Shown piece by piece: positions 30,101 to 44,966 of a DNA stretch of 64,000 bases. The DNA comes from Chrysemys picta bellii (taxonomy: Eukaryota). The notes under the pieces were generated by a model. That model was given only the letters and a program-made list of their open reading frames with translations. It was not told the origin of the DNA and made no database searches. Position 1 is the stretch's first letter. Each line of letters opens with the position of its first letter. Both the position numbers and the translations under genes were made by a program. The DNA lies in assembly GCF_011386835.1 (NCBI RefSeq), contig NC_088794.1, positions 2,852,001 to 2,916,000 of the forward strand. The letters are read 5' to 3'.

Positions 30101-32044
30101 TCAGCCGCTCGGCCCAGCCACTCTGGTCTTGCCTTCTCCCCTCCCCTCGGACTCCCCAACCCGGTTTCCCCTGCCTCCATATCAGCCCCTGGGCCTAGCT
30201 TCCAACACCCTGGCTCCTCCACTCAGTCATCCCCTCCCCGCCCCTGGACCAGCACACAGCCGCCAGGGACTTGGCTGCATCACGGGGCAGGCCCTGAGCC
30301 CCAGGGATGGGCTAGATCCCAGCCAGCGTGGAAAGACACTTACTTCAGTCAAGCCACCCATGTGCCGAGCGGGCCAGGTCTCGGCTCCCCCCCCACCCCC
30401 CCGCCCCCGACTCTGACCAGGGCTAGTTTGTGGGGGGCGAGGGGAGGCAGGACTGGGTGGAGAGAGGGGGCCGGGCGGGGGAGTGATCTCAAGTTCCCTA
30501 GGAGTTTTGTTTCGGCCTGGGAGGGGGATGGAGGGACAGAAACTCCCAAGGACAGGCTCCAGGCGTGGCTCCCCCAGGGCGAGATGGGGCTGGGCGGGGA
30601 GGCTGAGGCCTGAGGAAGGCACAGGAGATGGGTCGGGAGAGCAGGAAATACCCTTGCTCCAGGCACTCCCTCACCACAGCTCTCGGCCTCTCTGCTGAGG
30701 CTGCCAAGGCTGGGCCGGGCAGCACCAGCGGGCCCTGTGCGGAACTGGGCTGAGACCGCACACACTCGCTGCCTGTTGGGGACTGTGAATGGGGGTCAAA
30801 GGGGAATGGCCGTCTGACCCTGGGAACAGATGGGAGCTGGTGCCCCCTAGAGGGGAAAGGGCCTGGGTCCCATTTCCCACCCCCGTGAGCCAGCCAGTCC
30901 CCTGCCCTGGCGCCAGACTGGAGCCAGCGCCCCCTAGAGAGGAAAGAGCAAACGTGATGGGGGGCAGCTCAGGTACTCACGGCATCCCCGAGTGCTGGTT
31001 GCCCCCCAAGAAGCCATATTTGTCTGTTCTGCGGTAGGCCAAGCCATTGATCTCCGAGTCCGAGCCCAGGGAGCTGACGTCGTCCAAGAAGCCGGGGCCA
31101 CTCAGGGACTCCAAGGTGCCCGACATGAGGCTGACCGAATCCAGGTAGCTCAGGGTGTCTGGAGCCGGTGGGCGCCTGGGAGGTGGGATTCCAGGACCCA
31201 GGCTGGACTGCGACCCCATGTCCTGGGAGGCGGTGGACTCCAGGTCTGCAGGCCCCTCCGTCGCAGTGGGAGAGCTCTTCTCCGGTGCCACCGGGCTGGG
31301 CGCCACCACCACCAAGGCCGGCGAGGGGAAGGGCGCCGGGAGGGGTTTCACCGGGGTGCGCGGGGCTGCGGTTTCCATGGCGGGAGACGGCGTGGGAGAG
31401 GCCGCCGCCGTGGTGACCGTTTCCTTGGGACCCATCGCCATGTCGGCCCCTGCCATCTGCATCGTTTCTGTGGAAACCATCCCTGTGGTGGCCGCTATGG
31501 TGGCTACAGGTGCCATTGCCACAGGAGACGCCACCGGATCGGTGATGTTGCCCGTCGGCCCCGGACACGCCGTCCCGCTGCTCGTCGCCGCTGCCACAGT
31601 GCCGGTTGCCGGTGCCACGCTGCCCGGCGACGCCGTCGCGTTGCCTAGAGACGCCGCCACATGGCCTGTAGCTGCCGGAGACGCCGCCAGGTTGCCTGGA
31701 GATGCCGCCACAGTGCCGGTTGCCGTCACGGTGCCGGGAGACACCGCCCCACTGCCCGCCGCCGCCGGAGACGCCGCCCCGCTGCCCGTCACCAAGGCCG
31801 GGCTGCCTGTCGCCGTGGGAGACGCCGCCCCGCTGCCCGTCACCGCCGGAGACGCCGCCCCGCTGCCCCGAGCCGCCGCCCCGCTGCCCCCGGGCCCGGG
31901 CGAGGCCGACGGCGCCGTGGCCGGGGGTCTGGGTGCCAGCGGGGTTGGCGTCGCCATGGCGCTCATCTTGGCGGCGTAGAGCGCCGAGCGGGGGGCGTTG
32001 TACCGGGGCGGGGGCGACGGGGCGTCGCCAGCCCCCATCTCCAT
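21154..32044 (-). CDS. TBC1D10B: TBC1 domain family member 10B (Rab-GAP), copy 2, all 9 coding exons (three +1 frameshifts as assembled)
   Basis: Exons 30981-32044, 28486-28585, 27742-27849, 27542-27648, 26650-26764, 25550-25615, 25042-25233, 22845-22999, 21154-21844, all GT-AG. TBC motifs [10 protein letters not shown] and YCQAQ; C-terminus [10 protein letters not shown]...QDTYF. Confidence 0.93.
21980..22581. mobile_element. hAT-type non-autonomous DNA transposon in TBC1D10B intron 8
   Basis: 14-bp TIRs caggggtgggcaaa / tttgcccacccctg; 8-bp TSD ccctagtg / ccctactg (1 mismatch). Confidence 0.85.
23090..24980. repeat. 1.9-kb degenerate (GGATG/GGTTG/GGAT)n simple-repeat array in TBC1D10B intron 7
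   Basis: Continuous tggatggatggttgggttgg-type sequence that produces spurious W/G/M-rich ORFs. Confidence 0.9.
26805..27478 (+). repeat. 72-bp minisatellite in TBC1D10B intron 4 with CTCF-like motifs
   Basis: About 10 units; cctctagggggcgc recurs at 72-bp spacing (26961, 27033, 27105...). Confidence 0.85.
27881..28460 (-). repeat. CTCF-motif minisatellite, TBC1D10B intron 2, copy 2
   Basis: About 11 copies of gcgccccctgctgg or variants. Confidence 0.85.
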
Positions 32045-32244
32045 GGCGACAGCGGGCTCCTCCCCCCCCGGCCCTGCGGGGGCGGCCTAGTGGCCCCCAC
32101 CGAAGCCTGGGCTGGAGTGATGGGGGAGGGAGGCGGAGGCAGGAGCCTCGCTGGGTCTCTGCCTCAGCCCGAGCATCCAGCAACCAGAAGCCAGGGCGCC
32201 CCCCCCCAGGCGGCGCGCGCAGCCCGGCAGTGCCACGTGGGAAG

Positions 32245-32990
32245 GCGGCCAATCCCAGGCCGGGAGGGCAACCGGGCCAGCCAATTAGAAGGGAGGAGGG
32301 GGAGGGTTGTGGGAGGGAGGGTCCGAGTGGGCGGGAGCGGCTCTGGGATGGGCCAGTCAGGGCAAGGAAGGTCGGGGTTCCGGCCAATCGGGGAGATGGC
32401 GATCAAACGAGGAAGGGCGGGTGAGAGAAGGGCTGGGGCGACGGGGCGGGCCAGTGGGGATGTGGCCAATCAGAGCAGAGGTATTGCCCCAGCCGCCCAA
32501 TCGGAAGGTGAGGTTAAACCAATCAACACAGAGACGGGGGAGGCGGATCTAACGCGACATTTAACCAATCCTAGGAGGACCGGCGTTATGTCAACCAATT
32601 AGCGGCAAGAAGGGTCGCAGCTCAACCAATCAGTGTCGGGGACACCTCCAGCTTTCACGGGCAGCCCGAGCGCCTTGTCTGCCGGCCAATAAAACATCGT
32701 AGCGGGAAACTGATCGGCGACTCCTCGGACCAATGAGCGCAGACTTAGGGCGGGAGTGGCAGGCTCCTCGACAAATGGACACCCAAGAGCGGGCAGCTCA
32801 GAATGGGGCGGACTCCGCCAAGGGGGAGGGACCGTTGATGACAGTTGGGCGGTTGATTGGCGGTTGTCTCAACCAATAGGAGAGGGGGGCTGGCGGAAGG
32901 GGCAGCCAATGGGAAGGGAGGCGGGGAGGGGGCCCAGCAGCAGCCAATGAGGAAGGGAGGGGGAGGGGCCTAGCAGCAGCCAATGGGAAG
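32245..32990 (-). promoter_or_regulatory. TBC1D10B CCAAT-rich promoter, copy 2
   Basis: Homologous to 4750-5490. Confidence 0.65.
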
Positions 32991-35069
32991 GGGGCTGGGG
33001 GTTGGCCGAGTTGAAAAGGATTCTGGGAGTTTGGTCAAGTGGTGCTAACCCAGCTGGGGGATGGGAAGGAACCAGGTCTCCTGGGTTCTCTCCCCGGCTC
33101 TGGGAGGGGAGTGGGGTCTGGTGGGTTGGAGCAGGGGGGGCTGGGAGTCAGGACTCCTGGGTTCTCTCCCTAGCTTGGGGGAGGGGCGAGGTCCCAGGCT
33201 TTCTTAGCAGGTGTTGCCCATGGGGGGGAATTAGAGTCACATGAGGTGAAATGGCAGGTCCCGGGGGGGGGGGGTTCACCCATGGGGGTGGCAGAAGGGG
33301 GGGCGGGGGAGTGCAGCAGCCCCTGGAAACATCCCAGTGCCTTTCGGGGTTGGGGGTGGGGTGCAGGGTTGGCTCAGCAGGGCCTGTAGGAGCCCCTGGG
33401 GATGGGGCTAACCTGCGGGGGCGGGGATGGCCCCTCCTCCCACTGGACACTTCTCCTCTTCCTGACTTTATTCTTTTCTCTTTCGCATGGATCAAGGACC
33501 CCCCGTTTCCCCCCGGCCGCTTCCCATCCTGTCTTCGTATGCGAGGGCTGGGGGTCAGGACTCCTGGGTTCTCTGGGAGGGGAGTGGGGTGAGAGTGCGG
33601 GGTGGGACAGGGACCCCGAAAAAGCTGATTGTGCTTCCTGTTTATAACCGTAACACACGGTTGCCCCCCCCCCTTCACCTCCATGAGTGTTCACTCTGGA
33701 CCCTAAGGATGGCCATTGCATCATTTGGAGCCTGTTTGCAGAGTCCTTTGGCAGGGAGATTCAGCCTGCTCTGGGATTGGAGGTGGAACTCTGAATTGTG
33801 GGAGGGGCTTATGCACAAGATTCCCCTCCCCGTCAACTTGCCCCTCAACCCATCCCACCTGGTTTATCCAGCTCGGTCTGCCCCCCTCCCCTGTACCAGC
33901 CTTGGCACATGGGGCAGGTGGTAGATCCCTATGTGTGTTGGGTGCAGGGCACGAGGCTGGCCCCTAACCAGGGATCGGTGTGCCGTTGGGGTGGGGAGGG
34001 CCGCCCCAGGGCTGGGCAGATGGCGTGAGGGCTGCCAAGTTGTCGGTGGCTCGGAGGAGACAGCTGGTGCCGCCCGTCTTGAGAAGGAAACTTTCTCCAG
34101 GACGCCCAGATAGCCAGGGACAGTGAGAGGGATATGGCGCACACAGGACAGTCCCACACAGTCCCTGCCCCAGGGCACGGACACCCCACTAGCCCATTCC
34201 CACCCAGAGGCAATCTGCCATGTCTGTCCATCCCCCCCACATCCCTCTATTTATCTCTCCCTCCATCTGTGTCCCTCTCATGGAGATACAAAACAGAGGC
34301 CAAGCAGTGGGGTGGGATGGGGTCACCCCATAGTGGGGACCCTTATTGGGGTGACACAAATGAGAGCAACAGGAGAGATTCAGAGTTCAGGAACCGGAGC
34401 CTTGGATCTTGTAGGGGGGCCCATATTGGGGTGCCACACATGGAGACGCAGAGCTGGGAGGCCCATATGGGGGGCAGATGGGGCAGGAGCATGAGATCTG
34501 GATCTTTTGGGGGGATCCTTATTGGGGTGACACACAGAGGAGAAGCAGATGGGACGAGAGAGGGGGATTCATAAAGATGTGACTCAGGGGGCAGCAGATG
34601 ATGCAAAAGTGGGGGGACCCATACTGGGGGTGACAGTGGGGAGCAGGTGGGGCCGAATATTGGGGTGACACCCGAGGGGCAGCAGAGGGGGTGAATGGGG
34701 CAGAAGCAGGTCAGGGAAGCTGGATCGACTGAGGCAGACTCTATGTTGGGGCAAGACATGGGGTCGGGGGACCCTATGGGGGGGTCATGTGGGGCAGCCT
34801 GGGGGCCAAGCAGACTGGAGGGATCCCACCTCTCCTGTCTCCTTTCTCCAAGAAAGGAGCGGCCCAGCCGGGATCTATTTCAAGCCCTGGGCTCCTCCGA
34901 GCCAAACTTGAAGATGCTGCTATAGTTAGCCCTTGGCACGTCACCCACCCCCCCGGCACCCCCCGGGAGCTCTATATAACCCCAGGGGGATTGGCAGGGC
35001 TCCCCAGCCTGCCCAGCTTCCCCCGCCAGCAGAGACCTCCCAACAGCTGCGCCCGCCCGCTGAGAGGAG

Positions 35070-35373
35070 ATGGTAAGTGAGACGGACACAGGCAGACGGA
35101 CGGACCCCGGGGAATTGAACTGAGATCCCCACACATACACGCCGCGGCTTTGGGACACTCGGACCCGCCTGTGGAAAGCTACAGTGTGGAGAGAAATTAC
35201 CAAGGGATCAATCGATATATCTGTCCCCACACACACACCCTACCTACCTACCTACCTATCCCCATCCACCCCATCTATCTATCTATCTATCTATCTCCGT
35301 ACACCCCTGCTATCTATCTATCCCCACACACACCCTCTATCTATCTATCTAGCTAGCTAGCTCCGTACACCCC

Positions 35374-35417
<44 letters not shown>

Positions 35418-38400
35418 CCATACACCTCCTCTATCTAATCTATCCCCATAAACCCCTCTCATCCATCCATCTATCCCTGTACACTCTATCTATCCATCCC
35501 CACATACACTCCTCTATCTTTCTAGCCCCATCCCCACACTCCTCTCTCTCTAGATCCATACACCCCCTATCTAGCCATCCATCTATCCAACCCAGTCATC
35601 TATCTATCCCCCTCATCTCTATCTACCCATCCATCCCCCCACACCCCCTCCCTCCTGCACCTGTCCGTCTCCAGGCATCCCCCTAAGATGGCTCAGGCAT
35701 GTCCTACTCTCCTGCAGGTTTTGGGGGTCACTTCTATCCGGGTCCCTTCCCCCGCGATTTCCCCATGCCATAAGGGTGCTCTGGGTATGGAGGGGGGGAG
35801 AGATGGAGTCCGATGCACAGACAGACGGCGCTTGGGCGCCCATCCCGACCGGATCTCTGTCCCCTTCCACCGCCCTCCCATCGCTGAGACTGTGAGGTCA
35901 TCTGGGTCCCGACACCCAACTGAGCCATGGTGGCGCCATCTGGGGGGGAGCACAGAGCCAAAAATTAATCCCTCATGTGTATTGGGGGGCATCAGAATCT
36001 GTGTCCCTGAAGTATCGTCCAACCCTAGGGCTAGACTCTTGGGGAGCCCAAACCTCTCCCTCTAGCCTGGGAAAAACACCCCACCTTTGACTTAGGGCCA
36101 GCTCCCCCAAGGGGAAAAAACTGGGATAGCCTTGTTATCCACTGGGGGACTGTTACCCCCTCACAATAGACACCCCATCTCATAACTGCCCCTAAACACA
36201 GCTGAGGCCCCCCACTGGCATTGCTTAACAGGTGTTTCCCCATGCACCCCCATTTCCCCCACTAACTCCCATGCACCCCAATTTCCATGTGCCCCCACTA
36301 ACTGCTGTACATCCTATTTCCCCCACTAACTCCCATGCACCCCAATAACTCATATGTACCCCTATTTTTCCCACTAACTCCAATATATTCCACAATAACT
36401 GCTGTGCACCCCAATTTCCCCACTAACGCCCGTGCACATCCCAGTAATTCTCATGCACCCCCAATAACTCCCATACACCTCTCAATGTCCCCCATGCACC
36501 ACAATTCCACCCATATCTCCCCTGCACCTCCTTCTAGCCCCCCAATATTGCACACTGCACCCCAATTCCCTCGCTAGCTCCCATGCACCCCCAATAACCC
36601 CCACTTCTCTAGGTTCACCCCAAGAGCTCCCCCAGTCCATCTCTTGGGCTCTGCACCCACTGATCACAGACAGGGAGGATGAGGGTGATATGGGGCACCA
36701 GACCTATGTCCAGGGCTCAGATCTGGGGGCAGGGGGAGGGCATGGTGGCTCATGGCACGGCCTGTCTGCTTTTCTTCCCCTCCACTCCCCCCCTCCCCCA
36801 AAAAAAACCTCAGGCACCCAAGAAGGCGAAGAGGAAGGCAGCCGAAGGCAGCTCCAATGTCTTCTCTATGTTTGACCAAACCCAAATCCAGGAGTTCAAA
36901 GAGGTGAGGAGGAGGAGGTAGGGTGGATGAAGGGCAGGGAGGGGTGAGGGTGGGGGTAAGATTGGCCCCTCCAGTATAGTCCCCTGTCTCCGGGGGGCGG
37001 GATCATCCCACCAAACCTTGATGTTCTAGGGTGGGGTCCAGGGCTCCGTCTCCCCAAGTCCTCCTCGCTCCCACGACTCCCCGAAATGACCCCGCCTCAC
37101 CCAATCCGACAGAGAGATGCCTCCCCGCTGCGTCCTTCTCCCTGGGGGCGGCCGTCTCCCCAGCTCCCATCCCTCCCGGCACAGACGGGGCCGTTTCGTT
37201 CCCCGGATCCTGAGGGCCGGGCGTCTATTTTGGGGGTTGGAGGGTGGAGACACGACATCTGTGATTGGGTTGGAGGCGCCTTACAAGGAAATCCCTGGAG
37301 ACGTGGAATTGGGGGAGGGAGGGGTGCCAATGGGGCATCTCCATCTTTGCTGCGGGGTAGCTTCCCTCCCCCCCCAGTCTCTGGAGAGCTCGTCAGTTCC
37401 TCCGGCATGCAGCACCTGTCCCCCACGGGAGGGGGGCTGCGTCGGGACGGGGGCATGCCGCCAGAGGGGGATTCCTGGCGTTCCTTCCGTCCCCGAGGAG
37501 CCGGGAACAGGGGCTGGGTGACAGGTGTCTCTGGGGGAACAGCTGCAAGGGGGGGCAGTGGGGGGAGGCCGGGCTGCAGAGATCTATACGGCCCTTGGCA
37601 TCTCTCCATTCCCATGATCCTTTGCTCTTCTCCCCCTTAGGCCTTCACCGTCATTGACCAGAACAGAGATGGCATCATCGACAAGGAAGACCTGAGAGAC
37701 ACATTCGCTGCCATGGGTAAAGAGGCGGGGCCAGACCATGGTGGGAGGGGCTTATCTGGGTGGGAGGGGCCATTCCAAGTGGAGTGGGTTCTATCTGGGC
37801 AGGGAGGGACCTGTTCCAGGAGAGGGGGATGGGATTCCCCCCCCCCACTTTATAACCCTCCCCCCCGTTGGCAGGGCGCCTGAACGTGAAGAACGAAGAG
37901 CTGGACGCCATGATTAAGGAAGCCAGCGGCCCCATCAACTTCACCGTCTTCCTCACCATGTTTGGGGAGAAGCTCAAGGGTGAGTGACTCCCCACCATCC
38001 GGCTTGGTACATCCCCCTCTCCCCTCATCGAGCTCCCCTTTGGTATGCCCCCATCCTCTTGGCACATTCCCATAGCCCCCCATTATGTCCTCCTTGGTAC
38101 ATCCCCATCTCCTCTCATCCTGCTCCCCCTTGGTACATCCCCATTTCCTTCCCCTGCTTATGTCTCCATCTTTTCTCCCCCAACTTCCACCCTCACCCTC
38201 TGACACATCCTCATCCCCCCCCATCACATATCCATCCTGCTTCCTGTTACCTATTGGTACATCCCATCCCCCCAATCACAACCCCATTGGTACATCCCAT
38301 TCCACCCAACCCACTACCCATTGGTACTTCCCATCATGCTCCCCAACCTGCTATGCATTGGTACCTCCCATCCTCCCATTCCCTCCCCATTGGTATGTCC

Positions 38401-39284
38401 CATTACCGCCCCATCCCATCCCCCCTTAGCCTCTCCCCTATTGGTACATCCCATCCTCCCATTCCCTCCCCATTGGTATGTCCCATTACTGCCCCATCCC
38501 ATCCCCCCCATTCACTTCCCCATTGGTACGCCCCAGCCCCCCAATTCTCGCCCTCTCCGCCCCCCCAGGTGCTGACCCCGAGGACGTGATCATGGGGGCG
38601 TTCAAGGTGCTGGACAGCGAGGCCAAAGGCACCATCAAGAAGCAGTTGTGAGTATCCCTGTCCCCAGCAGGGGGCGCTGGGGGTGAGCATGGGGGGTCTC
38701 CCCGGGGCAGGGGGCGCTAGGGGTGGGTGTGGGAGTCTCCCCTAGGCAAGGGGTGCTAGGAGTGACCCCGGTCCTGAGAGCGCACAGGGAGGGGGGTCTC
38801 CATAGCAGAGGGCGCTCTCCCCAGGGTGTGGGGTGTTGGGGGGGGTATGCCAGGGCTGAGAAATCGGGGGTGTCTCCCCAGAATTTGGGGTGTCTGATCG
38901 CCACTCTCTCTCTTCCCCTCTCACAGCTTGGAAGAACTTCTGACCACCCAGTGCGACAGATTCACCCCGGAAGAGGTGAGAAATTTGGGGGTGACCCCCT
39001 GAACCCCAATACAAACCCATCCCCCCAATCTAACCCATCCCCCCAGATCATCCCATCCAACCTGATCCCTCCTGCAGCAGCAGTGGGTGGGGTCTGGGAT
39101 CGAGGGGCACAGACCCTAGTTTTGGGGGTGGGGTCACCCCAATTTTAACTCCCCTCTTGCTCCTGTCCCCCACCCCCAGATCAAGAACATGTGGTCAGCT
39201 TTTCCTCCAGATGTGGCTGGCAATGTGGACTACAAGAACATCTGCTACGTCATTACACACGGTGAAGACAAAGAAGGGGAGTAA
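35070..39284 (+). CDS. MYL11: Myosin regulatory light chain, fast skeletal, copy 2, intact 168 aa
   Basis: Exons 35070-35072, 36814-36903, 37641-37716, 37875-37979, 38569-38647, 38927-38975, 39180-39284. Protein appears identical to copy 1. Confidence 0.95.
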
Positions 39285-39759
39285 ATCCAGCAGGCGTACC
39301 CAAATTCCCCTGCCCCCCCATCCAGGGGGCTGGCGCTGTGGGGTCCCATCCACTCACACCCCCCAGGTTGGGGGCATCTCCCCCACATGACGCCAAATCA
39401 GCTTCAGTTTTGGACCCCCAAACTGCAGATGCCACTCTTATTTATTGTGATTTTGGGGTGGGGAGCTGGGACCCCACAACCTTGCCCTTCCCCACCCTGC
39501 AGCCAGAGTCTTAAGAAACTGATCAGGACCCGTGTCAAGAATTGAGAAAAAAAAAAGTCTCAATAAAGATGAGGAAACCTGTTTTTAACTCTTTCGGTGT
39601 CCTGTCCTGTCCTGTTGCGACTGCTTCTGGAGTGGAGCACAGTGGCTGTTTAGATAGGGATCAAGGTGGGCTAATGAGGTGGCAGTGGTTGAAATCCTGG
39701 CCCCACTGAAGTCTGTGTTTGTTTTCCTATAACTTCAGTCAGGTCAGGATGTCACAGCA

Positions 39760-42175
<2,416 letters not shown>

Positions 42176-42941
42176 TTACCTGCAACTGCCACTCGGTGGA
42201 GTCCGGGAACCAGGGGCAGCTGGACAGAGAGCTGGAGCAGGACACACGTCCGGGTGTGGAAGGAGCAGGGGTGTGGGAGGGGCTGGCCAGGAGGTGGGAC
42301 TGGCCAGGCAGGGCGGGGGTCTGAGAAAACACCTAGGATGCACTTCACACAGAGTATAAACGGCTTCCCCCCGAAAGGGGCCGCGTCCCAGCGCCGGGCA
42401 AGGGGTCCCCATGTGCCCAACCCCACCCCCACCCCCCAGAGCCAGCCGCATCCCAGCACCAGGCAAGGGGACCCCATGTGCCCAGGCCCCGTCCCAGAGG
42501 GGCCACGTCCCAGTGCCAGGCGAGGAGTCCCCATGTGCCCAGCCCCCCCTCCCCACCCCAGAGGGGCCATATCCCAGTGCCAGGCGAGGAGTCCCCGTGT
42601 GCCCAGCCCCCACCCCAGAGGGGCCACGTCCCAGTACCGGGCGAGGGATCCCCATGTGCCCAGCCCCCTGACTCCACCCCAGAGGGGACACGTCCCAGTA
42701 CCGGGCGAGGGATCCCCATGTGCCCAGCCCCCCGACTCCACCCCAGAGGGGACACGTCCCAGTACCGGGCGAGGGATCCCCATGTGCCCAGCCCCCCGAC
42801 TCCACCCCAGAGGGGACATGTCCCAGTACCAGGCAAGGGGACCCCATGTCCCATCCTCCAGAGATAGCAAATTCTGGCCGATGTGGGTGTAAAAGACATT
42901 TCAGAAGCTACATAGCAGATGCCTCCGAGTCCAAAATTCAC

Positions 42942-44966
42942 CTTTTTGCTCTCCACAGGAGTGTCCATTTTGCTCTCCACGGGGGAGTGCAGCGTTACGG
43001 CCTTTCTCCCCTTCTGGCACTTCACACATCGCTCCACCTAGTTGGGACGGAACCACACGACGACATTAACGTTCTCGTACAACAGGACAATCGCACGGGA
43101 AAGGTGGTTACATTTTCACATTTCAGATCGGCACGGCCACGGCCCGTGACGTGGAGCAGGGTTTGGTTCCGTTACAGACCCACTCGACGATGTCCTTAGT
43201 CATCCCAGGCCAATAGTATTGGGTGGTCAGCGAGGTTCCTTGGTGCCCACCCCGGGGACCCCCGTGATGCTGTTCGAAGAGCTGCAGGGCTTGTTCCCTC
43301 GTGTGCACCACGACGACCTTTCTCCCTTTGCCAGTATGGAAAAGCGTCCCGTCTGCGGATCAGAGACGAGGGGGACACTGATGAGGAGAGAAGCAATTAT
43401 CAGATATTTTCAAAGTCACTGGCAGGGCCGTCCTTAGCTATTCTGGGGCCCTACGCAGCCCCCCTGTGGGAGGGTGTGGGGGGGCAGGCCTCCGTGGGGG
43501 GGGAGGGGGCTGGCTTGGGGAGCAGGGGGGCCCAACCCAGCTGCAGAGCTCAGGGCAGTGGGGGAGGGGCTGGGGCAGAGCAGGGGTGGGAAGAGGCGGG
43601 GGCGGAGCAGGGTGGGGGCTTTGGGGAAGGAGTGGAGTGGGGATGGGGATGGGGCGGAGCAGGGTTGGGAAGAGGCAGGGCAGGGGCAGAGCAGGGTGGG
43701 GGCTTTGGGGAAGGGGTGGAGTGGGGGCGGGGCTGTGGCAGAGCAGGGCGGGGCCATGGGGAAGAGGCGGAGCAGGGGCTGGAGCAGCACGCAGCAATGT
43801 GGTGCCCCAAATCCCCTGGTGCCCTATGGAGCTGGGGAGAGGCAGCCCCGCTCACCGGTTCATTATAAGTAGGGCCACGCTTTGGTCATGGAGGTCACAG
43901 AATCCGTGACTTACAAAGGCCTCCGTGACTTGAGCACCCAGGAGCTCGGAGCAGCTGGGAGCCACAGGCAGGGGGATGCCCCACAGCTCCCAGCCGGGCC
44001 CCAGGGGTGGTGTGGAGACCCCACAGCTCCCCATTTTGTCGAGCCTATTTTCAGTAAAAAACAGGGATAGGTCACAGGCTTCCATGAATTTTTCTTTATT
44101 GCCCGTGACCTGTCCGGGACTGTTACTAAAAATACGTGTGACAAAATCTTAGCCTTAATTATAAGGCATCTGCATATGGAAGATATCTGAACACTGTCTG
44201 GCTCGTCACGGCTTGAATACAACGTGGGGCGGGAGGAATTTCAGTAGCTGGTTATAATTAGATGTTGAAATGTTTTTTAAACTAGATATCCTTGCTCGAG
44301 GAATGTCTGGGGATTGCTGTTGTTTGTCGATACCCTGGATCACCTACTTGAGAAATAAAGTTAAACCATAGGGGTTTGTTTGGTGCTATTTATCATTTAT
44401 GCTCCTGTGCCGTGTAACTGACACACACGTTTGTTACGGCGCCCACGTGTGGAGCACAGGGCATGTTCTGGGAAATGTGAAAAAACCCTAACCGTGGTCC
44501 CAGTCGGTCAGGTGAACGCTCCAAAGAAACCCAGTCTCGGGGCATCGGGACCATAAGTTACATGCCGAAAAGTCCATTGTATTCTGTGTGGGTATTCCGT
44601 GAAAAAAAGGATTGCTTGCCTTCCAAAGAAAAGTTGGCAGCAAATCGATGCAGATTAAGTCTGCCGGCTTTATTCACTCCTTCAGGATACTTGTTTCTTC
44701 TCTTTAATGCCAACACCTGGGCGATTTTTTCCTCAAAGGATTTCCCTGAGTACTGTTCACAGAAGCTAACATTTACATAATGGCAAACATGCACTATCTA
44801 GCCATATAACAATCGGATTTTATTTTGTAGGTAAACTTGTGGCCATATAACCAGGGTAAGCCAAACTCAACGACGCAGCATTCATAGAGTGACACAAGTC
44901 AATTTGAACTACATGTCTACGTTTGGAGTATTTGTGGCTTACAAAGTCTGGCTGCCTTTGATCCAT
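42942..44966 (-). CDS. GIN1/Ginger-like integrase H2C2 zinc-binding-domain exons, copy 2, open 142 aa
   Basis: Exons 44943-44966 (tentative), 44620-44752, 43180-43352, 42942-43037. Spliced product: [142 protein letters not shown]. Confidence 0.78.
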
